In this document: positions 7,526-16,570 of the stretch, in pieces
Layout: every line of letters begins with the position of its first letter
Position numbering within the stretch: position 1 is the first letter of the stretch
Made by a program: the position numbers and the translations under genes
The notes under the pieces: generated by a model
Database searches by the model: none
Told to the model about the DNA's origin: nothing
Seen by the model: the letters and a program-made list of their open reading frames with translations, nothing else
Source of the DNA: a virus
Lineage: Duplodnaviria; Caudoviricetes
IMG/VR virus record: IMGVR_UViG_3300044513_000342
Span: 1-59,948 of that record
Length of the DNA: 59,948 nucleotides
Strand: one strand, 5' to 3'

Positions 7526-7957
7526 TCAGCAATTCCACGCTCTTAAGGATTTATTAATACGACTGTCTTTGTCGTTGGCAGTCTTCTTAGAAGTTAATTT
7601 CTTTTTCATGCCCTTCATTCTAGCGCAGAAGGATGCCCTCCTGGGATTTCCAACCTTCTTGCTAGGTGCTTTGAGGTCAGATCCTGGATTTTCTCTCTCG
7701 TAAGACTTTCTGCCTTTTTCGTTGAGTCCTCCTTTTTTGTTCTGTCCTTCTTTTCTGGTCCAGGCACTTTCTTCTAGCTCGACCTCTTCCTTTTTGACAG
7801 ACTTGATAGGCACGGCAAAACGATCCCATGCCTTCTCCCCATAAGAGCACTCATCTCTAGTCTCTGGTTTCTGACAGAGCCTACAAAACTTTTTCTCTTC
7901 TTTCTCTTTCTTCTTTGCTTCTTCAGCGAGATGCTTGATCTCTTTATATGCTCTCAT
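7526..7957 (-). CDS. Basic hypothetical protein of T4-like cyanophages, possible internal head protein
   Basis: Lys-rich; ELEESAWTRKEG...GGLNEKGRKSY...RRASFCARM...SLRAWNC; late promoter AATAAATA at 7983-7990. Confidence 0.75.
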   Translation of the reverse strand: MRAYKEIKHLAEEAKKKEKEEKKFCRLCQKPETRDECSYGEKAWDRFAVPIKSVKKEEVELEESAWTRKEGQNKKGGLNEKGRKSYERENPGSDLKAPSKKVGNPRRASFCARMKGMKKKLTSKKTANDKDSRINKSLRAWNC

Positions 7958-7988
7958 GAATAAAAAAGAGGATGTACTAATTTATTTA

Positions 7989-9263
7989 TTATCTTTGCTC
8001 CAACCAGTTAAGAACTGCCAGTGCTGCTTTGTTAGTGTTGGGAGAGGCACACTCTAGAGTGTATATATCACTCACAGTTCCCAAAGAACTTCTGCCAATC
8101 TGTAGTGATGCCTTTTGGTCAAGTTCAATCAGACTAGCACCACCACCAACAGTAAAACCTGAGAGAATAGTTACACCACCAGTAGCATCAGTCGCAGTGG
8201 TATTTACCTGAGTAATCGCATCTGAGTTTGGATGGTTTATCCAAGTGCCACCAGTAAGAGTTGCATTTTCTACCAACCTCCAGAATACATTCGTGTTATC
8301 GTTTGTTGCTACCTGTAGAGATCTTGGCAACACGATACCTGCCAAAGCACCAGCTTTTAGACGCAAACTCAAAACAGGGTAGAATGTATTTGCTGCTGTC
8401 AGTGTAGTGCCAGTGATGGGGTTGGCATAACTAACCAGTGTACCGAGTTTCTCTGGTTCACCTTCTTGGGTGAGAGAGTTAGAACCTTGATAGATGTAAT
8501 GAGTTCCAGCAGCACCAGTTACATTCTCTAACTCGCATCTGATTGGAAGGAATGGAGTGGAGCACCAAACACTATCTTGGTGGTTTGCAATATTAAACTT
8601 ATGAATGACGTGAGTTTCACCATCAATCGTATAAGTGAAGATTACTTGACCAGCACCATACCATTCATACTCAATGTTAATCATCTGAATGGCAGTGGGA
8701 CTAGCAGTAATCTGACTGGGACCATTACCATCTAACTTATCACCATTCCAGTTATCTCTGGTAACTCTTGTTTCTACTACACTACCAGATGCTTTACTGC
8801 GAATAACACAAGAATAGGTGTCACCATCATCCTCAAAGTAAGCACCATTGTTCTCGTCAAATATACCAAATCTTCTGCGAACTCCTGCTACTGGAGTCTC
8901 CAAACGAATAGCAAAAGATATCAGTGATGCTCTGCCAGGAATGTATCTCATCACAGCCCTGGTCTGTCTGATTACTTTGTCACCAGCAGTGCTGCCAACA
9001 GACATCGTGACATTGGAAGCATTTGGATTATGGACAGCAGAAGCAGTGCCAGTGATGCCAGTTTCCCAAACATCAGTCTCTAAACCATACTGGAATGTGT
9101 TAAAGAAAGTTGTTTGATATGGAGATGTTTTTAATCTATTCTTACCAGTAAACTGTGGTCTCCAATCAGTTTGCTCACCCCAGTGGTCAGCGATCTGGAC
9201 TACCTCAAAGTTTGTTGTGTCCTGAACCCTATATGCTTGGTCCTGCTTGTTCCACTGTGCCAT
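7989..9263 (-). CDS. Hypothetical protein, probable virion structural (beta-rich)
   Basis: 424-aa Thr/Gly-rich ORF in late-gene context; TAATG overlap with the upstream ORF. Confidence 0.75.
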   Translation of the reverse strand: MAQWNKQDQAYRVQDTTNFEVVQIADHWGEQTDWRPQFTGKNRLKTSPYQTTFFNTFQYGLETDVWETGITGTASAVHNPNASNVTMSVGSTAGDKVIRQTRAVMRYIPGRASLISFAIRLETPVAGVRRRFGIFDENNGAYFEDDGDTYSCVIRSKASGSVVETRVTRDNWNGDKLDGNGPSQITASPTAIQMINIEYEWYGAGQVIFTYTIDGETHVIHKFNIANHQDSVWCSTPFLPIRCELENVTGAAGTHYIYQGSNSLTQEGEPEKLGTLVSYANPITGTTLTAANTFYPVLSLRLKAGALAGIVLPRSLQVATNDNTNVFWRLVENATLTGGTWINHPNSDAITQVNTTATDATGGVTILSGFTVGGGASLIELDQKASLQIGRSSLGTVSDIYTLECASPNTNKAALAVLNWLEQR

Positions 9264-9520
9264 TAGAGTAATACTGGATCGTTGTTTACATCATGGCGCT
9301 GATACACGCCTGGTGTTCTAGTGGTATTGTCATAGTTCCTAGCTTGGAATGTGCCAGGAGTTCTTGTAGCATTTGAATAATCATGTGCGACATAATCACC
9401 ATTCCAATCACTATAAGTCACAGTGCTCCAACCCTCAGTGCCAGAAAACTGATTGACAGTTGTGCTAGCAGGTTGAGGAGACACAATAACATTATCGTAA
9501 TCGTATCTTGTGTATGCCAT
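9263..9520 (-). CDS. Hypothetical protein with a short internal repeat
   Basis: 85 aa; DYSNATRTPGTFQ / NYDNTTRTPGVYQ repeat; late promoter GATAAATA at 9540-9547. Confidence 0.7.
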   Translation of the reverse strand: MAYTRYDYDNVIVSPQPASTTVNQFSGTEGWSTVTYSDWNGDYVAHDYSNATRTPGTFQARNYDNTTRTPGVYQRHDVNNDPVLL

Positions 9521-9542
9521 CTAGATTACACCTCTGAGGTAT

Positions 9543-9944
9543 TTATCTCTTGTTGCCGTTCATCTGTTTCAGCATCTTCTGTAGCTCCGCAGTGCTACCG
9601 ACAAACATAGCGTTGTTGGTGACCTTGGTTGGACCTTTCTTTTCCTCGTCAAGATCCTTCATCTTCTTATGAAGATCTTGGAGTTTCTCAGTCATGTCTG
9701 CAACGTGCTTCATTGCCGCTACAGCGACTTCATACGCTCTCGGGTGCCCTGACTCCTGGGCGACCTCTAAAGCGCCTCTGACCGCCTCCTGCCCGTGATC
9801 TATGAGGCTGTATAGTTCGCCTCTGGTATATTCATAATCTTTTTGGCGGTCATCATCAGTTTTTTCCACCTTTACTGGTGGTTTTTCCTCAACAGGTTCT
9901 GCACTAATGTTGAGGATCTCTTCCATGTTTTCTTCTAAACTCAT
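9543..9944 (-). CDS. gp16: Terminase small subunit gp16
   Basis: DYEYTRGELY, HPRAYEV, NNAMFVGSTAELQKML. Confidence 0.93.
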   Translation of the reverse strand: MSLEENMEEILNISAEPVEEKPPVKVEKTDDDRQKDYEYTRGELYSLIDHGQEAVRGALEVAQESGHPRAYEVAVAAMKHVADMTEKLQDLHKKMKDLDEEKKGPTKVTNNAMFVGSTAELQKMLKQMNGNKR

Positions 9945-9946
9945 AA

Positions 9947-10750
9947 TTAATAATAAGCAATACCTTCGTTAAATCCAAAATCATCATCAGCAGTTACTAA
10001 TGCATCATCTGCAGAGTTGATTACACCATCATTGTTATTGTCCTCCGTTGCCTTAGGAGAATATGTACGTGTAGCAGTTCTTCTGCTGACGGATAGATCG
10101 CCCATTGTCTCATGAATAATAGCAGTTCTAATAATACCAGAGTTGCTATATGGACCGTATAGATACGATTTCATACTAAACCTTAGTGTATATACGATAT
10201 ATCTACGGTTTAAGAAACTATCATCCCATTCATCTTCGTAACTGATGTTTTGCAAAACAATAGGAACATCACGTTTTTCATCCATATCTGGAATGAAATT
10301 GATGGTTACTGAAAATGATGGTTGGAAGTATGGCAAAATCTGTTCTATGATTTGCAATGCTTCGTCCTGAGACTTTGCAATCACTCCCATCTCAAAATCA
10401 AAATTATATGGAACAGGAACATACTGAGTCTTTACTTCATCGCCATTATCGGCAATGATTGTTTTATACTTCTGTGTTGGGGGAGTTTTTCTTTGAGCGT
10501 CATAGTCTAGACCCTGCATCTCGAAGTAGATGCGTGGGAGAGTAATTGCTACCTTGCTTCCAACCTCTGGGTTTTGTTCTAGTCTTGTAAGAAACTTATT
10601 CTTGGGACCATATGCAAGAGGCACTTTCTCTACCTCAAGAATATCGCCAGTGCTAGGATCTTTCTTTTGCAACTCAATGTTGTTAAAGAGAGTACCAAAA
10701 GCAATGATATTCCTTCTAATAGTTTCGTTATAAAAATGTGATCCTAACAT
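9947..10750 (-). CDS. gp15: Tail sheath stabilizer/completion protein gp15
   Basis: FYNETIRRNIIAFGTLFNNI, VPLAYGPK, TLPR, QIIEQILPYFQP. Confidence 0.93.
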   Translation of the reverse strand: MLGSHFYNETIRRNIIAFGTLFNNIELQKKDPSTGDILEVEKVPLAYGPKNKFLTRLEQNPEVGSKVAITLPRIYFEMQGLDYDAQRKTPPTQKYKTIIADNGDEVKTQYVPVPYNFDFEMGVIAKSQDEALQIIEQILPYFQPSFSVTINFIPDMDEKRDVPIVLQNISYEDEWDDSFLNRRYIVYTLRFSMKSYLYGPYSNSGIIRTAIIHETMGDLSVSRRTATRTYSPKATEDNNNDGVINSADDALVTADDDFGFNEGIAYY

Positions 10751-11874
10751 CAGAAGCTACCTGTTTGATTACCAAATTCACCAAATGGGTTGCCCTCAGA
10801 CCAATCAATGATATTATCAGCGTCGTCTTCGATTTCCCTATTTTGGTCGTAAGAGATTGATACATTATTTAGAGTGTCAAATGTCTCTGGAGACCACTTA
10901 GCACCAGAAGTTAAACCAGTTATTGTTTCAGCGGTTGTAAACGTTCCTGTTCTGTTGTAAACTTCGAGTGCTCTTGTTGTGCTATCCCAAGACTTGACTT
11001 CTGCTCTATTGTCTTTTGGCGAGTAGTCGATTGTAATGGTAGGCGCAGAAGTATAACCAGTGCCGCCGTTTGTAATGAGAATACCGTTAACAATGCCAGT
11101 AGAGCTAACAGTAGCAGTCGCCGTAGCACCATTTCCTCCGCCTCCTGAGATTGTAACTGTGGGTGGTGTTGCTTGTTTATAATGAGAACCACCATCATTA
11201 ATAATAATTCCAGTTACAGCATCGCCAGTGATACTCGCAGTTGCTTTTGCTAAGAACTCATCACCAACAACTTCTTCACCTACAGTGAAATCTCCAGATC
11301 CACCAGGATCCATATAGAGTCTGATAGCAGCTGCAAATGTCTCTTCCACTGCATCAATCTCTGCAACTCCAGTCTCGAAGTCGTCACTGCCAACTTCGTA
11401 GATCTCGGCAGTCATAATGAGAAACTGAATCTTACCAAACTGATAGAATGGAGTTTCTCTTTCTACAAATTTAATTTCATATACGTCTTTTGTTAGTGGG
11501 AAATAGAGAAGGTCTCCTTCATTTGGTCTACCAGCAACAGTTAAAGTTGGAGTATATTGTGCCTCTACTTCATCCCATCTTCTACTAGAAACAATAAACT
11601 TTACCTCATCAGTAACACGGAGTCCAAATTTACTAATAAACTCTGATGTATCACCAAAACCCTCTACATTAGAGAGTAGCATTTCTACTTGGAACTGCTC
11701 TAGATATTTTGAATAGACAATATCATCTAGCGTATTATCTTTTAAGATAGTACGTGGTAGATAGTAGATATCGGATCCAAACAGTTTAATCTGCTCATCG
11801 ACCAGATCCTGATAAAGGTTCTGCTCTCCCGAATCTCCTTGATAGTATGTTGGAAAATAAGGACTAGTAGGCAT
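10750..11874 (-). CDS. gp14: Neck protein gp14 with an inserted Gly-rich repeat module
   Basis: EQIKLFGSDIYYLPR, SKFGL, RPNEGDLLYFP, PFYQFGK and C-terminal NPFG. Confidence 0.92.
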   Translation of the reverse strand: MPTSPYFPTYYQGDSGEQNLYQDLVDEQIKLFGSDIYYLPRTILKDNTLDDIVYSKYLEQFQVEMLLSNVEGFGDTSEFISKFGLRVTDEVKFIVSSRRWDEVEAQYTPTLTVAGRPNEGDLLYFPLTKDVYEIKFVERETPFYQFGKIQFLIMTAEIYEVGSDDFETGVAEIDAVEETFAAAIRLYMDPGGSGDFTVGEEVVGDEFLAKATASITGDAVTGIIINDGGSHYKQATPPTVTISGGGGNGATATATVSSTGIVNGILITNGGTGYTSAPTITIDYSPKDNRAEVKSWDSTTRALEVYNRTGTFTTAETITGLTSGAKWSPETFDTLNNVSISYDQNREIEDDADNIIDWSEGNPFGEFGNQTGSF

Positions 11875-11875
11875 C

Positions 11876-12676
11876 TTATCCGATCATATCCATAGGTGGA
11901 ATGGCGTACTTACTGAGAACTTCTGATTCGATTTTCTCAATCTCGCCTAGTGCGTCTGTGTATATTTCTCTGCCGTTGAGGGTAATACCACCAGGTAGTT
12001 GAACATTATTGTACTTAATCAAATTCATTCCCCACTGCTTCTTCATGAGAGCAGTAGCATATCTCTTGACAAACATATCGTTATACATCTCAGTCGCATC
12101 ATTAGGATCGATGAGACGGTGTGCTTCAATCAAGAGCCAAGTATCCTCTTTGAGGAATGACTTATTGATATCAAGATACAAACGATCACGACGCATTGTG
12201 TATCTGAACTGCTGGAATGATCCATTATTGAGGACCATATCTAGAGTTTCTAGATACTGCTTATTCATATAGTAGTTGAGAATATCAAGTGATCCGAATG
12301 CATACAAATCATTCAGATACAACTGATACTCAACACCAAAAAGATTAGAACGGATTGAATTGCTGACTAGACCGAATACTCTGGTGACTCCTACAACATG
12401 ATCTGGAATAGGAATGTAATTCGTTGCCTCTTCCCAGTTCGTAGTTCCAGATGATGTGGTATCTTCACCATCAAATCTTGTCAGATCATCAGCATTGATT
12501 TTGTGCCTTAGGTATGCTCTTTCCATACCATTGTAGCAGTTCTCTTGGAAGAACTGGATGGTATCGTCGATAACGTTATTGACCTGCTCGTCGTCAATAT
12601 TAACTTGGAGGACAGGCTCACCAAGCTGCCTCTTACAATAGGTGATAAGATCAGCTCTAGAACTTGGAGATGCCAT
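11876..12676 (-). CDS. gp13: Neck protein gp13
   Basis: YCKRQLGEPVLQVN, KKQWGMNLIKY, LPGGITLNG, PPMDMIG; start at ATG 12676. Confidence 0.93.
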   Translation of the reverse strand: MASPSSRADLITYCKRQLGEPVLQVNIDDEQVNNVIDDTIQFFQENCYNGMERAYLRHKINADDLTRFDGEDTTSSGTTNWEEATNYIPIPDHVVGVTRVFGLVSNSIRSNLFGVEYQLYLNDLYAFGSLDILNYYMNKQYLETLDMVLNNGSFQQFRYTMRRDRLYLDINKSFLKEDTWLLIEAHRLIDPNDATEMYNDMFVKRYATALMKKQWGMNLIKYNNVQLPGGITLNGREIYTDALGEIEKIESEVLSKYAIPPMDMIG

Positions 12677-12683
12677 TACACAC

Positions 12684-12721
12684 AAAAAATCCCTTCTTAC
12701 CTATTTAGGAAGAAGGGATTT
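12684..12721 (-). terminator. Rho-independent terminator with late promoter CTAAATA in its apex
   Basis: Minus strand AAATCCCTTCTTCCTAAATAGGTAAGAAGGGATTTTTT: a long stem with one bulge, then a U6 tract. Confidence 0.75.
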
Positions 12722-12726
12722 AGTAT

Positions 12727-12918
12727 TTATTCAGCAGGTGCTTCTTCTGCTGGTGCTTCTGGTTCTTGCTCTTCTAGAAGTCCTAGAGTCTCAAGACCAC
12801 CTTGTAGTTTGATCTTATACTCTTTTGCCTTGACTAGGTTTTCTTCTAGTTCTTTGATTTGCTTTTCAGTTGAAGCAATTTGCTCTTCAAAATTTGCTTT
12901 AAGTTGTGCGGGATCCAT
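12727..12918 (-). CDS. Small coiled-coil protein
   Basis: MDPAQLKANFEEQIASTEKQIKELEENL...; late promoter motifs at 12947-12953 and 12974-12981. Confidence 0.8.
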   Translation of the reverse strand: MDPAQLKANFEEQIASTEKQIKELEENLVKAKEYKIKLQGGLETLGLLEEQEPEAPAEEAPAE

Positions 12919-12945
12919 AGTAATCACAATGAATAGTGTGTACGA

Positions 12946-13590
12946 TTATTTAGAAGGTGTTACCCTATACGAGTATTTATCATTTGCCACAAGAGATGGC
13001 ATGAAGTTCATAGAAATAGAAATTCTATGATCTTTCTGATTTCCACCATAACCATGAGTAAGGTGTGACTGCCACATCAATAGTTCACCTTCCTCTGGGT
13101 GAACGATTACGTCCGAGTTGTATTTGCAAAAATTACTTCTATCTGCTTCCAGAGTTATGGATTGAATTGGAGAATGTGTGGCACCATCTGCATGTCTAAA
13201 AAATAATGGAGCATGTCCATCTTCATGATTAACATAATATGTTCCAGAGATGTATGCATTTGTGTGATAGTGGGGATACTGTTGTCCACCAGCATTACAG
13301 ATATTCAACCAACTATCAGTAACAATCATCTTTTCAGGAAGATGATATCCCATGACATCTCGGACAAAAATAGTACATTGGTCTTCCATCCATTCCCTTA
13401 AGGTATTAAATTCTTCTCTATGAAGAAAAGATTGGCCGCGCATATTGTCATAATGAAAAAGATTATCTGACATGCCGTTCTTTTCCATATCAGTTCCCTC
13501 CATCATTTCAACAATAGAAGATTTTATATCGGCATTTCCAGAATATGTTTCTCTGAAAATTGGATTTGGGAATATGTCAAAAATTTTCAT
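12946..13590 (-). CDS. 2OG-Fe(II) oxygenase-like protein (TIGR02466-type)
   Basis: IFPNPI, SWLN, HxH (HYHTN), ISGTYY, WQSHLTHG, RISISMN. Confidence 0.85.
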   Translation of the reverse strand: MKIFDIFPNPIFRETYSGNADIKSSIVEMMEGTDMEKNGMSDNLFHYDNMRGQSFLHREEFNTLREWMEDQCTIFVRDVMGYHLPEKMIVTDSWLNICNAGGQQYPHYHTNAYISGTYYVNHEDGHAPLFFRHADGATHSPIQSITLEADRSNFCKYNSDVIVHPEEGELLMWQSHLTHGYGGNQKDHRISISMNFMPSLVANDKYSYRVTPSK

Positions 13591-14141
13591 TCTACTTTAA
13601 TGTTCCAAGCTATACTAATTCTATCTTCTTCTGATTGATTTACCAACACTCGATGTAATACATGAGATGGGAATATAATTATTCTTCCTTCCACTGGATT
13701 AATTGCAACAGATGGAGAAACTTGAAATTCTGGTGCTACTGAGTTTATAAGATTGAATGACTCATAATATGTTGGATTTGTTAATTCAATCTGACCAGAA
13801 TTTTCTGGTGTTTTGATCCATAGAACAGCAGATAAATCTGATCCAGGATGTGTATGTCTATCGTTAGAAGTTTGTGGTGGGTTAATATTGATCCAAGGTA
13901 ACCCAAAGAAAAATCTAGTTGTTAGGTATTTTGATAAGACCTCAGATACTTCATTATAAACAGGTTCCAAAATATCAATATCTAATTCATGAGATTGCCA
14001 CCCACCATTGTTCGAGATCTTTACTCCCTCATTATTTTTTTGTTGCTCGTAAGAATATCTAACAAGTTTATTACGATATTGTGGGAATTCACTTAGGTCA
14101 TGTCCTACTATTTGAGTAGGGAATAGTGGAAATAAATTCAT
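13587..14141 (-). CDS. 2OG-Fe(II) oxygenase-like protein (TIGR02466-type)
   Basis: LFPT, SNNGGWQS, WININ, HTHPGS, FPSHVLHRV, RISIAWN. Start re-called to ATG 14141 (ATGA overlap). Confidence 0.85.
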   Translation of the reverse strand: MNLFPLFPTQIVGHDLSEFPQYRNKLVRYSYEQQKNNEGVKISNNGGWQSHELDIDILEPVYNEVSEVLSKYLTTRFFFGLPWININPPQTSNDRHTHPGSDLSAVLWIKTPENSGQIELTNPTYYESFNLINSVAPEFQVSPSVAINPVEGRIIIFPSHVLHRVLVNQSEEDRISIAWNIKVE

Positions 14142-15835
14142 TTCTTCAATACAAAAATTACAATACCATTCCACCAAGAGTTGGAGTCTTCCAAATCATC
14201 TGTAAGAATAGTTCTCTCATACAAAATATCCAATTTGTTTTCTGATACAAACTCCTTAGCAGATTCTACCACATCTTTAAAATTTGCATCGTCTATAATA
14301 AGGATAAACTCATCCTCCGTGTAATTAAGAATATAATTTAAACAAGACTTCTGGACGGATCCATCATGGTCTGCATCATAAAAGATCGTGTTGACTTTCT
14401 TGTCTAAGTTCTCTTCAGTAGCTACACGAATATCACCATTTAGAATAGCAATATTGCTGTTGTCAGTCCACGTAGTCTTGACATTATTAATGAATGTCTC
14501 GATAGATCCTTCTTCGCCAGACCACTCGATGTCATCTCTGACTGGTCGAATGTTTTTGTCTTCCCAGTGATCAGCAGCGTATGCGGTTAGATCATTGCCT
14601 TGGATAGCAGCACAAAATGTACTGCCGTTATATACACCAACTTCTAGATACTTAGTATCTTCATAAGAACAAATGTTGTTGAGGAAGTGTCTTACAGTAT
14701 CAGATGACAGACCTTCGATGTCATGATGAAACTTAGATTCTTTCTTTATTGCCTTGTCAATAGAATCTAGGCAGCGTTGAATGTATGGGTGCAACTCACG
14801 ATCTTGCTTCTTAAGGTGTGCGTCAACAACAGACTCGCAGTAATTACAATCCCAGCAATCAAACTTACATGTTTTGATCTTGTCTCTCCAGATATCAATG
14901 GGACGATCTTTCATATCAAGATCTTCCATATATGGATCAAGTTGTGGGAAGAGTAGTTCTTCTTCTCTGTCCCATCTCTCAATGATATCCATAGACTCTT
15001 TCAGACGCATCATACTCTCGCGTCCATGCATCTTGAATACATCAATACCTAGATCAAGAAACTCTTGCCAGTCTTCTCTCCAAGGTGGAATGTTTGCTGC
15101 CTTGAGTGATACAGCAGCATCCTGATACTGCCATGTAGAACAAGAGACTCTACTGATAGAATCGTTGAAATATTGGGGACCATCTCCAGTACGAGTGCAG
15201 TTGAACTGGTAATGCTCTGGCATGATAGGACAACCACCCCAGCATCCTTCATTAGCAAGAAGAGAAAGCTTTACTGGTTTACTAATAGAAGCACAGTATT
15301 CTTTGGCATTCATGATACGTTCTAGTTGCTCTCTATCACGCATTAAGTCTCTGTCCAGATTAACATAATGAAATCCTGCTTTTGCTGCAGCAACTACCTC
15401 ATTGGGTCTGGTGACCTCACGTAGAATAGTATTCTTGATATACAGTTCAGGAAACTCTTTCTGAATCTGACCCGTAGATACCCATGTTGTATGGGGCAGA
15501 GTTACAATACGAATACCCTTATCATATAATGGTCTGAAATTCTCGATCCACAAATCCAGATTCTTTTGATCTGGTCTTACCCACATGTTATTGAAAGTAG
15601 CAGAAAGGGGAATACCAGTCTGCTCCGCAATCCACAAAGCATTGATAGTAGTTCCCCTTACAGGATCCTTGACAAAGATATCTCCCATCGCATCTTGACC
15701 GAATGGTTCGATACGACAAGTAAAGTATAAATCATAGATCAAATTTTTATTCTTTTTTAGAAAAGGAATAAAGTGGTTTTGTGTAAACTTCCAATCAGCT
15801 TTCGGGTTGATCGGAAGACTGAAGATATTTCGCAT
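14138..15835 (-). CDS. Peptidase-U32-like (putative Fe-S hydroxylase) domain fused to a class I SAM-dependent methyltransferase
   Basis: N-domain: LDRDLMRD, LLANEGCWGGCP, SC, GIDVFKMHGR, CKFDCWDCNYC. C-domain: YLEVGVYNGSTF, FYDADH, LIIDD. Start MRNIFSLP at 15835. Confidence 0.7.
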   Translation of the reverse strand: MRNIFSLPINPKADWKFTQNHFIPFLKKNKNLIYDLYFTCRIEPFGQDAMGDIFVKDPVRGTTINALWIAEQTGIPLSATFNNMWVRPDQKNLDLWIENFRPLYDKGIRIVTLPHTTWVSTGQIQKEFPELYIKNTILREVTRPNEVVAAAKAGFHYVNLDRDLMRDREQLERIMNAKEYCASISKPVKLSLLANEGCWGGCPIMPEHYQFNCTRTGDGPQYFNDSISRVSCSTWQYQDAAVSLKAANIPPWREDWQEFLDLGIDVFKMHGRESMMRLKESMDIIERWDREEELLFPQLDPYMEDLDMKDRPIDIWRDKIKTCKFDCWDCNYCESVVDAHLKKQDRELHPYIQRCLDSIDKAIKKESKFHHDIEGLSSDTVRHFLNNICSYEDTKYLEVGVYNGSTFCAAIQGNDLTAYAADHWEDKNIRPVRDDIEWSGEEGSIETFINNVKTTWTDNSNIAILNGDIRVATEENLDKKVNTIFYDADHDGSVQKSCLNYILNYTEDEFILIIDDANFKDVVESAKEFVSENKLDILYERTILTDDLEDSNSWWNGIVIFVLKK

Positions 15836-16550
15836 TAATTTCATCCTTAATTTGATCTAGTAGAGGTACGTTCATTGTTTCCTCAATTCCATGGAATGTA
15901 GGAATGTTTACATCAGGAGATTCTGCATATGCCTTGAAGAACTTTTCTGTTCTTCCTTGGATTTTCTCCATAGATAGTTTCATCAAGCAAGAATATTGTG
16001 ATGCCACATCCAGAGCAGCAATTTGATCTTCTTGCTTCATCATGGAAATAGAATCTAAATTTCCGATTCCAACTCTACCATGAGCAATGATATCCATTGC
16101 TGCTTGCTTTCCAAGTCTAGCAACCCAATACTTTCTTTCCTCATCTTCATTCCACTCAGTTCCCTTTTCCAATTCTTCTAAGGAATTTACGTGTCCTTGG
16201 ATGTGTTCAATAAACACATTCATTTCATATTCTAGTTGCGCTTTTCTTCGATCCCACATTTCCAGATCTAGTTTAGCATCATCCAATTCAATTTGAGATT
16301 CTGTCTTCTCAAACTCAGTTTCTGCTTTTTCTAGACGATCTTGTGCGACATCAACGGCAAGTTGACTTCTACGCTTACCGATGTCCATTTTCTTTCGATT
16401 GTGTAGTCGGTTTTCTACCTCAATCAGAACCTGTTTTAGTTGTCTATCACCAGTGACGTGTGATTTGATCACAAAATCGTCAATCTGATTCTTAGACATT
16501 CCAAGAGCAACCTTTACGGCGTGCTCATAAATCTCTTCTTTTGTAATCAT
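15795..16550 (-). CDS. Hypothetical coiled-coil protein
   Basis: 251 aa, helical; YWVARLGKQAAMDIIAHGRVGIGN motif; part of a tightly packed cassette. Confidence 0.8.
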   Translation of the reverse strand: MITKEEIYEHAVKVALGMSKNQIDDFVIKSHVTGDRQLKQVLIEVENRLHNRKKMDIGKRRSQLAVDVAQDRLEKAETEFEKTESQIELDDAKLDLEMWDRRKAQLEYEMNVFIEHIQGHVNSLEELEKGTEWNEDEERKYWVARLGKQAAMDIIAHGRVGIGNLDSISMMKQEDQIAALDVASQYSCLMKLSMEKIQGRTEKFFKAYAESPDVNIPTFHGIEETMNVPLLDQIKDEINAKYLQSSDQPES

Positions 16551-16570
16551 AACAAATCAAAAATTAATGA

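Noticed and set aside
14138-15835. Calling the methyltransferase a CpcM-type phycobiliprotein Asn methylase or a DNA methyltransferase
   Set aside because: No DPPY/NPPY or PC catalytic motif and no recognisable CpcM similarity. A link to the phycobiliprotein-like domains has no sequence support.
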